DNA from: Lingula anatina
Taxonomy: Eukaryota > Animalia > Brachiopoda
Direction of reading: 5' to 3'
Length of the DNA stretch: 64,000 bases
NCBI GenBank assembly: GCA_051362555.1
Contig: CM120647.1
Coordinates: forward strand, 9,424,001 to 9,488,000
Positions 24,101-36,608 of this stretch are shown one piece after another (position 1 is the first letter of the stretch; the number at the start of each line of letters is the position of its first letter). Both the position numbers and the translations under genes were made by a program. The notes beneath the pieces are model-generated. The model was not told where the DNA came from. It searched no databases and saw only the letters and a list, made by a program, of their open reading frames with translations.

Positions 24101-25372
24101 TCATTGTCCAATAGTCAGTGAAAAATTATGCGGTGCGGAGCAGTACATTGTGTCAGGCGTAAAAGGCTGCAGACGGCGGTTACCTAGTCTGAGAATTTTC
24201 TGTATTTCTGGTTTTTGCAACCAATTTAATTTCCTTCTTATCATTGGATGGGTAGGGTCAAAGTGCTGAACGATAAAATTCTGCGTTACGAGATACGAAT
24301 GGTGGCCCTTTCGTTTCGGTCGGCCGGGAATTTTGATGTTATAGCCCGGCTGTAAGGTACCTCCATTTCCGAGCGAAGATGTTCCTTTTAGGAGTGCGCC
24401 AATTAATGAGTTGGGCTTGGGTGGACTGGTGTTGGTTTGCGTCAGTAAAGCAGATGAGATGTAGTCCCGCGTTTTTTCATAATCCAAACATTTCTTGTAT
24501 CTGTCCTGTGAAACTGGTCTATTTGATATGCGATTCGTAACATGGAGCGAGTTGCACTGCATGCGATAGCTGTGATACAGCATCGAGACCAACTGACGGA
24601 TTATCCAGCCGCCATACCACCACGATTCATAGTCTAGGTGCAAGTCATACGGTAACAAAAATGATAGTGTATCCTTGTGAAAAGCACTAAAACACTCGTC
24701 GAAATCCCAGTTTAAGTTTACGGGCAGTTTTTTATTGACAAACTGTCTACCCATATCTCGGTAACGTACGTAACCTACAGCAGGTTGGTAATACATAAGA
24801 AACTCCTCGAACCTCTGATAAGGGTCCGATGCCATCTTGGACCAAACTTTCCAATTGACCCACCCATCCGACCTAACCGAAAGCTCCAAGTCATCGTCCA
24901 TAAATATATAATAGAGATAACCGCCGTCTTTCATTTGGGCCGCTAAATTAACCGCGTGATTAAGAAGTACATTTCTCCCAGAATTGTGGGATGTGCCCGG
25001 GGCGTAAATGTCACCTGACTTATCTTCAAACGTCATCCAAATGACGTCCCGTTTCTTAGTTTCTTCTAATCCTTTGATGACCCGCTTAGTTGGGCCCATA
25101 ATGAGATACACAAATCGCTTTCCAGTTGTCAGACTGTAATTTCTCTGTCGCACAACTGCATACCTTATCTCCAACGATAAATTTATGGACTCCGGCAAGT
25201 CATCGTGCCCGATGCCGACCCTACTTTTTGTAGTTGGAGGGTCTGTCTTGACGCCAATGTCCTTTCTGTTGTTGTTCACTGAAGTGATTTTATCTATCCA
25301 TAGAAACCACAACACAGAAATAGTCACCATTGTTGACAGACAAACGTGTATAAACCTCTTGGTTGTCATCAT
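24101..25372 (-). CDS. Putative GT-A-like type II membrane protein, copy C1 (423 aa from MMTTKRF)
   Basis: ORF track starts at 25558, but a splice acceptor (tcttatattacAG, 25418-25419) and alignment with A1/A2 put the start at ATG 25372; YLYYIFMDDD motif. Confidence 0.85.
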   Translation of the reverse strand: MMTTKRFIHVCLSTMVTISVLWFLWIDKITSVNNNRKDIGVKTDPPTTKSRVGIGHDDLPESINLSLEIRYAVVRQRNYSLTTGKRFVYLIMGPTKRVIKGLEETKKRDVIWMTFEDKSGDIYAPGTSHNSGRNVLLNHAVNLAAQMKDGGYLYYIFMDDDLELSVRSDGWVNWKVWSKMASDPYQRFEEFLMYYQPAVGYVRYRDMGRQFVNKKLPVNLNWDFDECFSAFHKDTLSFLLPYDLHLDYESWWYGGWIIRQLVSMLYHSYRMQCNSLHVTNRISNRPVSQDRYKKCLDYEKTRDYISSALLTQTNTSPPKPNSLIGALLKGTSSLGNGGTLQPGYNIKIPGRPKRKGHHSYLVTQNFIVQHFDPTHPMIRRKLNWLQKPEIQKILRLGNRRLQPFTPDTMYCSAPHNFSLTIGQ

Positions 25373-27379
25373 AACCTTCGGTAGCTGAGCATCAGTAAAT
25401 CCGGCAATCTCCAAAAGCTGTAATATAAGATTAAACACCATATATATGACTAAAAAAATTTCTATCTTAGCTGTTGGGTGAAGAAAAATCACTGCTTTAT
25501 CCTTATATGGCAATAATTTTGAATTATTATATTCCTCATTCCTTTTAAAATATTCCATATTCCAATAAAACCAATGTGTTTTAAAAACATAGCATACAGT
25601 TTACTAAATATTGTTTTTTTGAATCGATGGTTTACGCTTTTACAATTGTATCTATTCATGTATATATCGTTTTGATATGAATGCGACCGATTGCAAAGTG
25701 CAGCGCTGTACAAGTACATCAATCGTTGTGTCCATAATGTGAACTACCGGTATCTATTGACATCATCATCGAATACTACCAAAGTGGCCGCATTCCTATT
25801 TTTTGATGCGTAGTATAGTTTGTTGTTCGTATGTCTTTATGAAGTTTTACTCACTGTTACTCACAAACATATTTTATAACACTTTTGCATTAACGAGCCC
25901 CCTCCACCGTAAATAAAGCTGGAATTTTGTTCTCCATTTTTTAACCAAAAGAATAAAATGACCTTAATACACAGCGTTTACGGGTGTTAAATTAACACCA
26001 ACACTGACAGCAAAAAAGGACTCATACTGAGTCTTTTAGGGACTCCAGCAGCGGGTCCTAAATCAAGTCCCTTTGAGGATTTCTCCGAGTCCTTTAATGT
26101 AAAAGAGACTCCAGCTAGCTAGAGTCCCTTAGCGACTCAACTGGAATCAAGGGACTCAAGACGATTGAGTCTTTTAAAGGACTCGAAAGATTCTTTTAAG
26201 GGGCTCTAGCTATGAATTTTAGTCCTTTCAGAGCCTCCAGATGAGGCTTATAGGGGAATCATTTTAGTCTAGTGAAGACATTTAAAGACTCATCTGGTCC
26301 TATTTTAAAGGGGAATTTTTCAATGAAATTGTGTTTTCAGCCTTTTGCAAAGTGATACAACACTTTAAGCAAAACAGTGATAGTTTGAAATGAGTTGTTG
26401 CAAAAAATAAACAAAATGTTTTTTTTTGATAAATATTTCTATTTGCAGTTAAAAACAGCAAGTTAACAAATCCTCTTTTAGAAAAGCATGCAATAGCCAT
26501 GGAATCCAATACCTCGATCAAGATACAAACAAATCCTAAATGATAAACATGAATGTATTGCATTTACAATGGTCATGAACATAGAACTCTTCTTGGAAAA
26601 CTTAACTCGACCAGTTGTCCCAAAACCTGGGATGACCTTTAGTTGAATTTCTTAACTAATCTAGCCACTAAGCCACCGAAACATTTTAACAAAATAAATG
26701 CTTTCTTAAATATGTTCCAATCGAAAGAATGTGAAGTAATTTTTACAGCTTCCAAAAGATAATATAAAATGAAAGAAATGATTATTCATAGATACAGCAT
26801 CTTGCTGCTTACAATACAAACATTACTCACAAAAAAGGAAACAAAGTTTCTGAAGACTCTGACCCTGGTATTCATCTTAAGTTAATGAGAATGGCTTATT
26901 ATAACCAGTCTACTTGAAAATATCGTTTTAACTTATAAGAGTCAACATATTAAAGTTTATACTTTATAAAACTAGAAGTCATGACAAACTTTTCCATCCA
27001 CGTACAACTCAATGTCTTTGTCATGGTCACATGAACTAAATTCCTCATTTTTTTGAAAACTCGAACACCAATTTTTTGAGGAACAAAGTGGTGTCTCAGA
27101 ACTTCAGAGGCAGATCTATTTTTTTTTTCAAGAAACTTTTCCTAAAAAAATACAGCCTTATAACCAGATATGCCAGAAAAAATTTTGGTCCTCAATAAAT
27201 TAAGTGTAAGGAATTTAAAAGAGCCGGCAAATTGGCTAAAATTAAGTGTAAGGAATTTAAAAGAGCCGGTAAATTGGCTAACCTGTAATAGTTTGAATAC
27301 TTGTCAATGAATAACGGTTCCATAGTGTTTATGAATGTATTCTTGTCAATAAGGTAGTCAGCTTGGGCAAAACCTTAAC

Positions 27380-27683
27380 CTTATTTGTATGCCCAATGAG
27401 GACTTTCTGAATGAAAGTCAGGTGCCATAAAGGTTGGTCGAATATGCCATGTTAAAGGCAAAATAAGTGGCCACCAGGAACATCGACAAATGAATCAACT
27501 GTGCCAGTTTTCACATTTTCAGATAGATGTAAAATTTTGTCTCTTGACATAAAGTCTCCTGAGTACTGGAAGTAATTATAGGCTGAACTGAATCCCCCTG
27601 ACAACTGAATTTTCGAAGCAGGCATCCACATTCTTCCTTCAAATGAAGCGGCAAACACAAAATGCCAGCACACCAGGTAGCAT
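27380..27683 (-). pseudogene. Decayed exon of the CACTA accessory (SAMD3-like) ORF
   Basis: AG/GT bounded; reads DATWCAGILCLPLHLKEE...LVATYFAFNMAY then, after a frameshift, LTFIQKVLIG; resembles the YYxFNxxYP...LxFIQ motif I recall from animal EnSpm accessory proteins. Confidence 0.6.
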
Positions 27684-28457
27684 CTACATGTAAAGAAAAA
27701 TATATACTCATTATCATCTACTAATGAGATGTAACAAATGATGAATATACTTTACATTTGCAGTAAACAATGTATTAACTGTAGTCTTCAATGTCTAACA
27801 TTAGCTTTGTGTTCTACCAAATTTTCTGTTGTCAAAGGATGCAATAAACATTAAATCTAAAAGAATTAGCAAGATGAAATTGTGCATACATGTAGGGTCG
27901 CAAAAATGAGCTTAATTAATTAAAAAAGTGCCAAGTAACGAGTAACATCAACCTCTTGTAAATCTCACTTTTATTGACTAGGTTAATTTACACTGTTGCA
28001 AGAAAGAATTGTTTCATGATTAAGTGCAGGATCTAAAAATAAATATGTCATTGCATATATAGGTAATGTGCAAGTGAAAATAACTCATAGCAGTTACATT
28101 ATTTTATGAGTAGAGGATTGTGTTCAATGCAACCGAGGATAATTTTATTGGGACACTAAAGCCTTCAATTTCAAGGTTTTCATCTCAATTATCCCAAAAG
28201 GAAATTATATGGATTTAAAACCCCCTGGTTTTGTGAACGTCATCATTAGACCCACAATCTGCAAAACCATATCACACTGAAGAAGAAAGCAGCCTTAGCC
28301 TGGCTTGCGGAAACTCCTGACATTTTTATAAGGTTATTTTGCCTTTATTTTGAGACAATACAGAATTATGCAAACCATGAAATTGAATTCAATGGCTTTT
28401 TAGAGGGAAGCATTTCAAAAGGAACTGTTAAAATATTGAAAATTAAATGGTACATAC

Positions 28458-28655
28458 ACTTTCTGTCAACATCAGAGCGTGCAGACGCCATATAGCTTCT
28501 TTAGCCTCTTGCAGTTCACTAGAGAGTCCCCTCATGGAAGCTCCTTTTCCTTTGGGCTGTGGCAAATTGACAAGACCTTGTTCATAAAAATCCAAGTTTT
28601 TGGCCATTGCTGACTTAATATCCTTCTCCCATAGCCTTGTGAATTCATTGAATAA
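28458..28655 (-). pseudogene. Second exon remnant of the CACTA accessory ORF
   Basis: Acceptor cttattttcAG, donor GTATGT; LFNEFTRLWEKDIKSAMAKNLDFYEQGLVNLPQPKGKG. Confidence 0.55.
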
Positions 28656-29429
28656 CTGAAAATAAGTAAACATTTTAATTAAAGATAAATTCAACAGATA
28701 AAAATATGAATGTATTCTAAAAATTGATATGGTATAATATGTTAAGATTAAAGGTAATTTTTCCTAACTAGCTTGTTATTTAATATCAAACTTGCTAGCC
28801 ATATCAAACACCGAAAGCCTTTTTTACATGGACTGATCTTTTAAAACAAGACTGTAACATAATAACAGATAAACACGACCACAAAAGCGGAAGTTTAGCC
28901 TGACCTCTGTGGTCCAATTTCAGAAACACAATGACCTGATTTTCTACTGCTATATCACAGCAACAGGCCCGAAAAGGGCTATGGGTCTATAACTGATCGT
29001 CTCAATATGGTCTAAAGCACTCAATGATATGAAACTTTAGGAAATTAAAAAAAGACTAAGTCTAAAACCGTTAAATACTTAAAAGTTTTACTTACCAAAA
29101 ACAAGAAACGTGTGTGAAGGCTTCCTCGTGGTACCTGACGGATCTGTCATCACCAATCACGTGACTAAAAAAACCGCCAAAGTGAGTCTTTAAAAGGACT
29201 CAAAGCTTGCAAATCCCGCCAAAGTGAGTCTTTAAATGGACTCAAAACTTGAGTCTAGCTTGAAACAATGAAATCGTTAGGTTGGATTCCTTAAACGGAC
29301 TTGAGTGAGTCTGTTTTGGTTAACATTGAGTCTCTAAGGGAATACAGCACCCTGGAGGCCTCTGAGAGAATCGGTTGAAGCTTTTTTTTCTCTCAGTGAA
29401 GTACAAAAAGAAAAGCATTTCAACTTTAC

Positions 29430-29620
29430 CTGTCACCGATGGCGCCTCCTTTTTCCGTCCTTCTAGCTGTAGTGCTCGTAAAACTGCTTCCTAAAGCCTA
29501 GGTCCGAAGACTCCATGAACGGACGACTAACTCAGAACTAGGTGGCATTGTCTCTGATTGTCTGTCTGTTTGTTTGTTTGAATGAATCGTCCTCTGGGCG
29601 GCAACGACCGTTATATAAAA
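29430..29620 (-). promoter_or_regulatory. Putative non-coding first exon of C1
   Basis: Donor GACAG|GTAAAG at 29428-29429; the equivalent GACAG|GTACTG sits at 33934-33935, 39466-39467, 42605-42606 and 46172-46173 upstream of D1, D2, E and F; TATATAA on the minus strand at 29611-29617. Confidence 0.45.
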
Positions 29621-30702
29621 TATTGACTAATGTGAGCCACTATCTCCACTCCAACCAAGACTACTATGTGAAGTCAATCATAATGTGATCCAACAAGAAT
29701 AGGTCAGCGGGTGAAATTTAATGGAAACTCATTAAAATGCGATATGTATCAGGTTTCCGCATCTAAAAGAGATCGTATCAGTTTCAGGCACTACAAATTG
29801 GTCCCTTGAAATGAGAAATGAATATATAGATTAAATAGATCGTATAATTTTGAACAATAAAATTGGCCTGCCATTTACTAATCTGTAATCTGTATAATTT
29901 TGGACAGATGCTTAACATTGATAGCATCATTTAAATGTACATGTACAGAAGGAAACAGTAATTTGCATCATATAAATATGTATCTCTAAAGGGTCGTACA
30001 TGAAGTCAAACAAGACTTGGGGAGGCTTGCAATTACAGCAATATGAAATTATATTTTGCTACAGGTAGTTTGTTCGATGATCCCCCGAGTATATATGTAT
30101 GTATAATACAACATTTGCCAGTTGCTACTAGTAAATGTACATGTAAGTTACAGTATCGTATTTAAGACATATTTCTTATTCTATAAAATGGTGTCTTTCT
30201 CTCATGTAGGAGTAATTGATATAAGATTTGCCCAGTGTCGTAAATTGAAGGCTTTCCGAGGCACATTTTGTCAGTTTTGTCTATCTTTTATATTTGTGCG
30301 TCCATACTATAAACTTTACGCAAAATGTATCGAATCCGTGACCTAGGGTTAAATTGACTCCTTTATATAATTATGATATGTACATGGATTAAAATTGGTT
30401 AAATATATTCCGTTGTACATGATAGTTTCAAGCGATCCTTTGTACAGTACATTATCATTAAGTATACATGTTACTGATAGAATAGAGAGATAGAGAAGTC
30501 GGGGTTTTAACAGTAATTTAAAATGTAAATGAGTTAGGATGCAGATCAGCTGTGAACGAGAGAGGACTAGAGAATTTCTATAGTCAGCAGCTATGGGGCA
30601 GTGAGTTGCTGAAATGAAAGATGTAGTGAAATTGTAAAGCCTCGCTGCCTCAGTTACATTTGTAATACATGTTAATTGGTGATAAACAAAATCACTGTAC
30701 TT

Positions 30703-31200
30703 ATGCGCGCGGACGTTCCTTTCAGTGACGTGTCGGCCTTGGCTGGTCTGGCTTTTTTCTTTAGCAATGCAGTCCCGCGTTTTTTTTTTCACAATAAAAA
30801 ATTCGTCTTATATCTGTCCTTTCAAACAGGTCGATTGTGTATTGTCGATTTGCACTGAATGCGATAGCTGTGATACAGCATCGAAATTAACTGACGAGTC
30901 ATCCAGGCGCCAATTTAAGCCTAGATTAAATTTGAAATGCGATGCCCGTACGGTGCACGTATGCTGCTTGTAATGGCCTTTTCGTAAGGCGTCTGAGCGG
31001 AGGTAGACGGTGGCCGTGCAAAATCGCACGGAATCGTACGGATTTAAGGCCATGTACTGTAGACGTACTCGGCGTTTCCCGTAGCTCCTTGTGATTAAAA
31101 AAAATCGCACGGACAATTTCATCGCACGGTGCCCGTGCTTTACGAAAATGTATAATCTAGGTGCAAATCATACGATATCGGAAATGATAGTGCATCCTGT
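30703..31200 (-). pseudogene. Decayed internal fragment of an F-like copy, split by a repeat insertion (~30920-31150)
   Basis: ttgcactgaatgcgatagctgtgatacagcatcgaaat..actgacgagtcatccaggcgcca matches 44766-44828; resumes as ataatctaggtgcaaatcatacg at ~31152; contains indels. Confidence 0.75.
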
Positions 31201-31358
31201 CAGCCGGGAATTACATGTATGTCAGCTGCCATGTTGCGCGCAGAGGCTACACAGTGCTTTGATTTTCATATTGTTCGTGTCACATAGACGAGAGATACAT
31301 GTACCTGTACATGTAACGTCACAAACGCGTTTCAAAATGTCCCAGAGTCAGATTTCTC

Positions 31359-31510
31359 AGGGCCCCGTAACTCGAAAGTATCGCGCATTACGACAGAGCG
31401 CAGGCGTCTCGATTCCATAACTCGCCCATACTCGCCCCATATAAGAGCCTCGAAATAAAAGGTGATATCGCTATTCGCAATTCGCGATGCTTTCGAGTTA
31501 CGTAGCCCTG
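31359..31510. mobile_element. MITE family GGGCCCCGTAACTCGAAAG
   Basis: TIR gggccccgtaactcgaaag / ctttcgagttacgtagccc with CAG/CTG flanks; further copies at 35741-35972 (two adjacent), 36190-36330, 41272-41560. Confidence 0.7.
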
Positions 31511-31979
31511 GTCAGCACTATCTACAAACATACTTTCCTTTTCCGCATATCACAACTAAAATACAAGGACAATATGTCGAAGTTCCTTTCTGAAATAAAC
31601 GGGGTCAAGGCGCCCTAAGTGACTGGCCAGTCTCTTTGAATTAGATTGAATATATAAATTGAATAATAAGAAATGGTATAAAAGAACAAATCCAATTTCA
31701 GGGACAGGTAGACCAATGCCACAGATATTTATTAGTATAAGAAATCCCTTTTGTACTGAGGAAATTTCGATTTGGTAGAATAAAACGCAAATAGGATACC
31801 TTTAGACAGCAAGTTGACTTTCAAACGGCATGCTATTAAGAGACTATTAGCGAGGAAATGTATGACTTAACAACGGGGGAGGATGGGGGGGGGGACCCTA
31901 CCAGATGAACGTCATGATAATACTTGGAACATTTGAAAGTACAGTGATGGGTACGTATATGTGTCGTTAGATGTCATTT

Positions 31980-33239
31980 TTAAATAGTCAGTGAAAATTT
32001 ATTCGGTGCGGAGCAGTACAAAGTGTCAGGTGTAAAAGGCTGCAGACGACGATTATCTAGTCCGAGAATTTTCTGTATTTCTGGTTTTTGCAACCAAGTT
32101 AATTTCCTTTTTATCATGGGATGGGTAGGGTCCCAGTGTTGAAGGATAAAGTCGGGCGTCACAAGATACGAATGGTTACCCTTTCGTTTCGGTTTGCCAG
32201 GAATCTTGATGTTAAAGCCAGGCTGTAAGGTACCTGGACTTCCGAGCGAAGTGGTTCCTTTCAATAGAGTCTTGATTAATATGTTTGGCTTGGATGGGCT
32301 GGTCTTGGTTTTCGTCAGCAAGGCAGATGAGACGTAATCCCGCGGCTTTTCAAAATCCAAATATTTCTTATATCTGTCCTTTGAAACAGGTCTATTTGAT
32401 AAAGAATTTGTAACATGCAGCGAGTTGCACTGCATGCGATAGCTGTGATATAGCATGGAGATCAACTGACGAGTAATCCAGCCGCCATACCACCAAGATT
32501 CATAGTCTAGGTGCAAATCATACGGTAGCAAAAATGATAGTGTATCCTTGTGAAAAGCACTAAAACACTCGTCGAAATCCCAGTTCAAGTTTACGGGTAG
32601 TTTTTTATTGACAAACTGTCTCATATCTTGGTAACGTACATATCCCACAGCAGGTTGGTAATACATAAGAAACTCCTCGAACCTCTGATAAGGGTCTGAT
32701 GCCATCTTGGACCAAACTTTCCAATTGACCTGCCCATCCGACCTAACCGAAAGCTCCAAGTCATCGTCCATTATTATATAGTAACTATAACCGCCATCTT
32801 TCATTTGGGCCGCTAAGGTGACCGCGTGCTGAAGAAGCACATTTCTACCGGAATGGATGGATGTCCCCGGGGCGTAAATATCACCTGACTTATCTGCAAA
32901 TGTCATCCAAATAACGTCCCGTTCCTTGGTTTCTTCTAATCCTTTGATAACCCTTTTGGTTGGACCCATAATGAGATACACAAATCGCTTGCCAGTTGTT
33001 CTCCTGTAATTTCTCTGTTGCACAACTGCATACCTTATCTCCAACGATAAATCTATGGACTCCGGCAAGTCATCGTGCCCAATGCCGACCCTACTTGTTG
33101 TAGTAGGAGGGGCTGTCTTGACCTCAATGCGTTTTCTTTTGTTGTTCACTGAAGTGATTTGATTTATCCATAGAAACCACAACATAGAACCAGTCACTAT
33201 TGTTGACAGACATATGTATATAAACCTCTTAGTTGTCAT
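31980..33239 (-). CDS. Putative GT-A-like type II membrane protein, copy D1 (419 aa from MTTKRF)
   Basis: Intact ORF; acceptor at 33288-33289 argues against the track start 33311; YSYYIIMDDD; a GAA to TAA change removes the last two residues relative to D2. Confidence 0.85.
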   Translation of the reverse strand: MTTKRFIYICLSTIVTGSMLWFLWINQITSVNNKRKRIEVKTAPPTTTSRVGIGHDDLPESIDLSLEIRYAVVQQRNYRRTTGKRFVYLIMGPTKRVIKGLEETKERDVIWMTFADKSGDIYAPGTSIHSGRNVLLQHAVTLAAQMKDGGYSYYIIMDDDLELSVRSDGQVNWKVWSKMASDPYQRFEEFLMYYQPAVGYVRYQDMRQFVNKKLPVNLNWDFDECFSAFHKDTLSFLLPYDLHLDYESWWYGGWITRQLISMLYHSYRMQCNSLHVTNSLSNRPVSKDRYKKYLDFEKPRDYVSSALLTKTKTSPSKPNILIKTLLKGTTSLGSPGTLQPGFNIKIPGKPKRKGNHSYLVTPDFILQHWDPTHPMIKRKLTWLQKPEIQKILGLDNRRLQPFTPDTLYCSAPNKFSLTI

Positions 33240-34695
33240 TATAACCTTCGGTAGTTGAGCATCAGTAAATCCGGCAATCTCCAAAAGCTGTAATATAAGA
33301 TAGAAAACCATATATATGACTAAGTAGTTTTCTACCAGTATATTAGCTGTTGTTTGAAGAAAATATCACTGCTTTATCCTCATATAACAATAATTTTTAA
33401 TCATTTCATTTCTTATTCTTTTTTAAATATTGATATTTCTCTCTGTTAAAACCTTTGTGTTAAAACAGCATACGGTTTACTTAATATTGTTTTTGAATCG
33501 GTGTTTGCAAAATGCGTATTTACACTTTTAAAATTATAATTATAAATATATATATATATATATCGTTTTGAAAATGTTTCCAAAATGATATTCGACAGGT
33601 GGCAAAGTGCAGCGCTGTACAGGTACATCTGCCGATGTGTCCATAATGTGAACTACCGGTATCTATTTATATCGTCATCGAACACTAACATTGTGGCCGC
33701 AATCCTATTTCTAAATGCGTAGTATAGTTTGTTTTCGTATGTCGTTACGAAATTTTACTCACTGTTACTCACAAACATATTTGATAACAGTCTGCGTATA
33801 AATGAACCCCCTCCCCCGTAAATAAAGCTGAAATTTTGTTCTCCATTTTTTAACCAAAATAATAAAATGACCTAAATACACAGCCTAAATACACAGCCTT
33901 TACACCAAGTACAAACGCAAGCATTTCAACAGTACCTGTCACTGTTTTTGCCTCGTTTTCCCGTCCTTCTAGCTTTAGTGTTCATAAAACTGCTTCCTAG
34001 AGCCCAGGTACGAAGACTCCGTGAACGGACGACTAATTCAGAACTTGTTGGCATTTTTTCATGATTGTCTGTGTGAAAGTTTGTTTGAATAAATCGTCGT
34101 CTGGGCGGCAACGACCGTTCTATACAATATTGACTAATGTGAGCCACTACTTCCACTCCAACCAAGACTACTATGTGAAGTCAATCATATTGTGATCCAA
34201 CAGGAATAGGCCAACGTGTGAAATTTAATGGAAACTCGTTATAAAATTCGACATGTATCATGTTTCCGCATCTAAAAGAGATCGTATAAGTTTCAGGCAC
34301 TCCAAATTGGTCGCTTGAAATGAGATAGGAATATGTAGATTAAATAGTTCGTATAATTTTGAACAATAAAATTGGACTGCCTTTTACTAATCTGTAATCT
34401 GTATAATTTTGGACGGATGCTTAACATTGATAGCATCATTTAAATGTACATGTATAGGAAGGAAAACAGTAATTTGCATCATATAAATATGTATCTCTAA
34501 AGGGTCGTACATGAAGTCAAACAAGACTTGGGGAGGCTTGCAATTACAGCAATATGAAATTATCTTTTGCTACAGGTAGTTTGTTTAATGATCCTCCAGG
34601 TATGTATAAATATATATTTATTCGGATGTCTTTTGGCATCACAAAGTAAAAGTGCTCTATTTTGGCAATAGAATAACATGTACATCCCAATCTAG

Positions 34696-35182
34696 CCGAA
34701 TCCTCCCCCTGCAAATCTAGATGAACTGCGAGATGCCCTTCAAGATGAATGGACCAGAATTCCTCTTCAAAGTGCTGTTACTCTAGTTTGCAGTATGTCA
34801 CGTCGTCTGGCGGCCATTATCCAAGCTCGGGGTGGGCATACCCGCTATTGAGATTAGTAATGAACTCTGAAGATGTTTCTTGACAATTTCCCCTAATTTC
34901 ATATTAATTGTCAATCACAGTATAAATTTATGTTTAATTTTTTACTTGGTACTGTTATGTAAAAAAGTACTCTCTTTGGGGGCATGAGAAAAAAAAAACC
35001 CTCAAAAAATTAACGCTTTTTTCACATTTGCATTGGTTGTTTCTCCTTGACTTTACCAATCCTCCAGCTTCACATATTTAACAATATAAACAGTATTAAT
35101 TTGGTAATATCAATAATAATGAAAGAAACAGGGCGATATGCATCCCAAAATTTCCGTGTACCAACCATTTTGGGCAAGAGTG
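34696..35182 (+). mobile_element. 3' fragment of a Tc1-family transposon
   Basis: 34696-34851 translates PNPPPANLDELRDALQDEWTRIPLQSAVTLVCSMSRRLAAIIQARGGHTRY*, a typical Tc1 transposase C-terminus; ends ttttgggcaagagTG-TA. Confidence 0.85.
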
Positions 35183-35629
35183 TAGAAGGCTTTCCTAGGC
35201 ACATTTTGTCACATTTTTTGTTTATTTTTATATTTGTGTGTTCATACTATACAGTAAACGCCAAAATGTATTGAATCCGTTGGGGTTAAAATGACACCCT
35301 TATGTTTTGTACACGGATTAAAATTGTTTAAATATATTCCGTTGTACATTATAGTTTCAAGCGATCCTTTGTACAGTACATTATCATTAAGTATACATGT
35401 TACTGATAATGTAGAGTAGAGAGATAGAGAAGTCAGGGTTTTAACAGTAATTTAAAATGTAAATGAGTTAGGATGCAGAACAAATGTGAACGAGAGAGGA
35501 CTAGATAATTTCTAAAGTCAGCAGCTATGGGGCAGTGAGTTGCTGAAATAAAAGATGTAATGAAATTGTAAAGCATCGCTGCCTTAGTCACATTTGTAAT
35601 ACATGTAAATTGGTGATAAACAAAATCAC

Positions 35630-36040
35630 GTGTAACGTGTCGGCTTTGGCTGGTGTAGCCTTTTTCTTTAGCAATGCAGACGATAAGTAGTCCCGCTGTT
35701 TTTTATAATAATAAAAAAATTGTATCTGTCCTTTTAAACAGGGCTCCGTAACTCGAAAGCAACGCGAATAGCGATATCACCTTTTATTTCGAGGCTGTTA
35801 TATGGAGCGAGTATAGGCGAGATATGGAATCGAGACGCTTGCGCTCGGTAGCAATTCGCGATGCTTTCGAATTACGGGGCCCTGGGCTCCGTATCTCGAA
35901 AGGTTCGCTATGTTGCGCACGTGCGTTAGTGTCTCGACTCCATAACCGATTCTATTTCGAGATACGGGGCCATGGAATCGAGACACTTGCGCACGTGAGC
36001 AAATCATACGATATCGGAAATGATAGTGTATCCTTTTAAA
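35630..36040 (-). pseudogene. Highly decayed family fragment interrupted by two adjacent MITEs
   Basis: ggctttggctgg...agcaatgcagacga...tatctgtcctt then gcaaatcatacgatatcggaaatgatagtgtatcctt; paralog of 30703-31200; partly repeated at 41160-41275. Confidence 0.65.
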
Positions 36041-36608
36041 ATATTAACTTAAGCTGGGTATTATGTCAGCAGCTATGTGACGCGCAGCGGCAACACATTA
36101 CTTTGGTTTTCATATTGTTCGTGCCAAATAGACGAGAGATACATGTAACGGCACAAATGCATTTCATAACGTCCCAGAGTCAGATTTCTCAGGGCCCGTA
36201 ACTCGAAAGCATCGCGCATTGCGAGAGAGCGCAAGCGTCTCGATTCCATAACTCGCCCATACTCGCCCCATATAAAAGACTCGAAATAAAAGGTTATCGC
36301 TATTCGCAATTCGCGAGCTACGGAGCCCTGGTCAGCACAATCTACAAACATACTTTCCTTTCCCCCTGCGGACCTTAAAGACTGCATATCATCACTAATA
36401 TGTCGAAATTCCTTTCTGAAATAAACGAGGTCAAGGCGCCCTAAGTGACCGGCCAGTCTCTTTGAAATAAATTGAATGTATAAATTGAATAATAAGAAAT
36501 GGTATAAAAGAACAAATCCAATTGCAGGGTCAGGTAGAGCAACGCTACAAATATTTATTAGTATAAGAAATCCCATTTGTACTGAGGAAGTTTCGATTTG
36601 GCAGAAAA

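Larger units (their letters stand above)
26002..29398. mobile_element. CACTA/EnSpm (CMC) element, decayed, in the putative 5'-UTR intron of C1
   Basis: aa-CACTGACAGCAAAAAAG ... CTTTTTTTTCTCTCAGTG-aa; empty site acaccAAgtac at 33902-33912 and ~39434; dense gagtc/gactc subterminal repeats at both ends. Confidence 0.85.

Noticed and set aside
25373-25558. N-terminal extensions in the ORF track for C1 (also D1 33240-33311, D2 38774-38845, E 41971-42036, F 45605-45646)
   Set aside because: They run through a conserved splice acceptor into AT-rich intron-like DNA or begin at TTG; A1/A2 start at the position equivalent to MTTK.
36073-36576. 167-aa ORF and 30349-30792 147-aa ORF
   Set aside because: Span MITE and pseudogene debris; frames are not preserved in the paralogous blocks.
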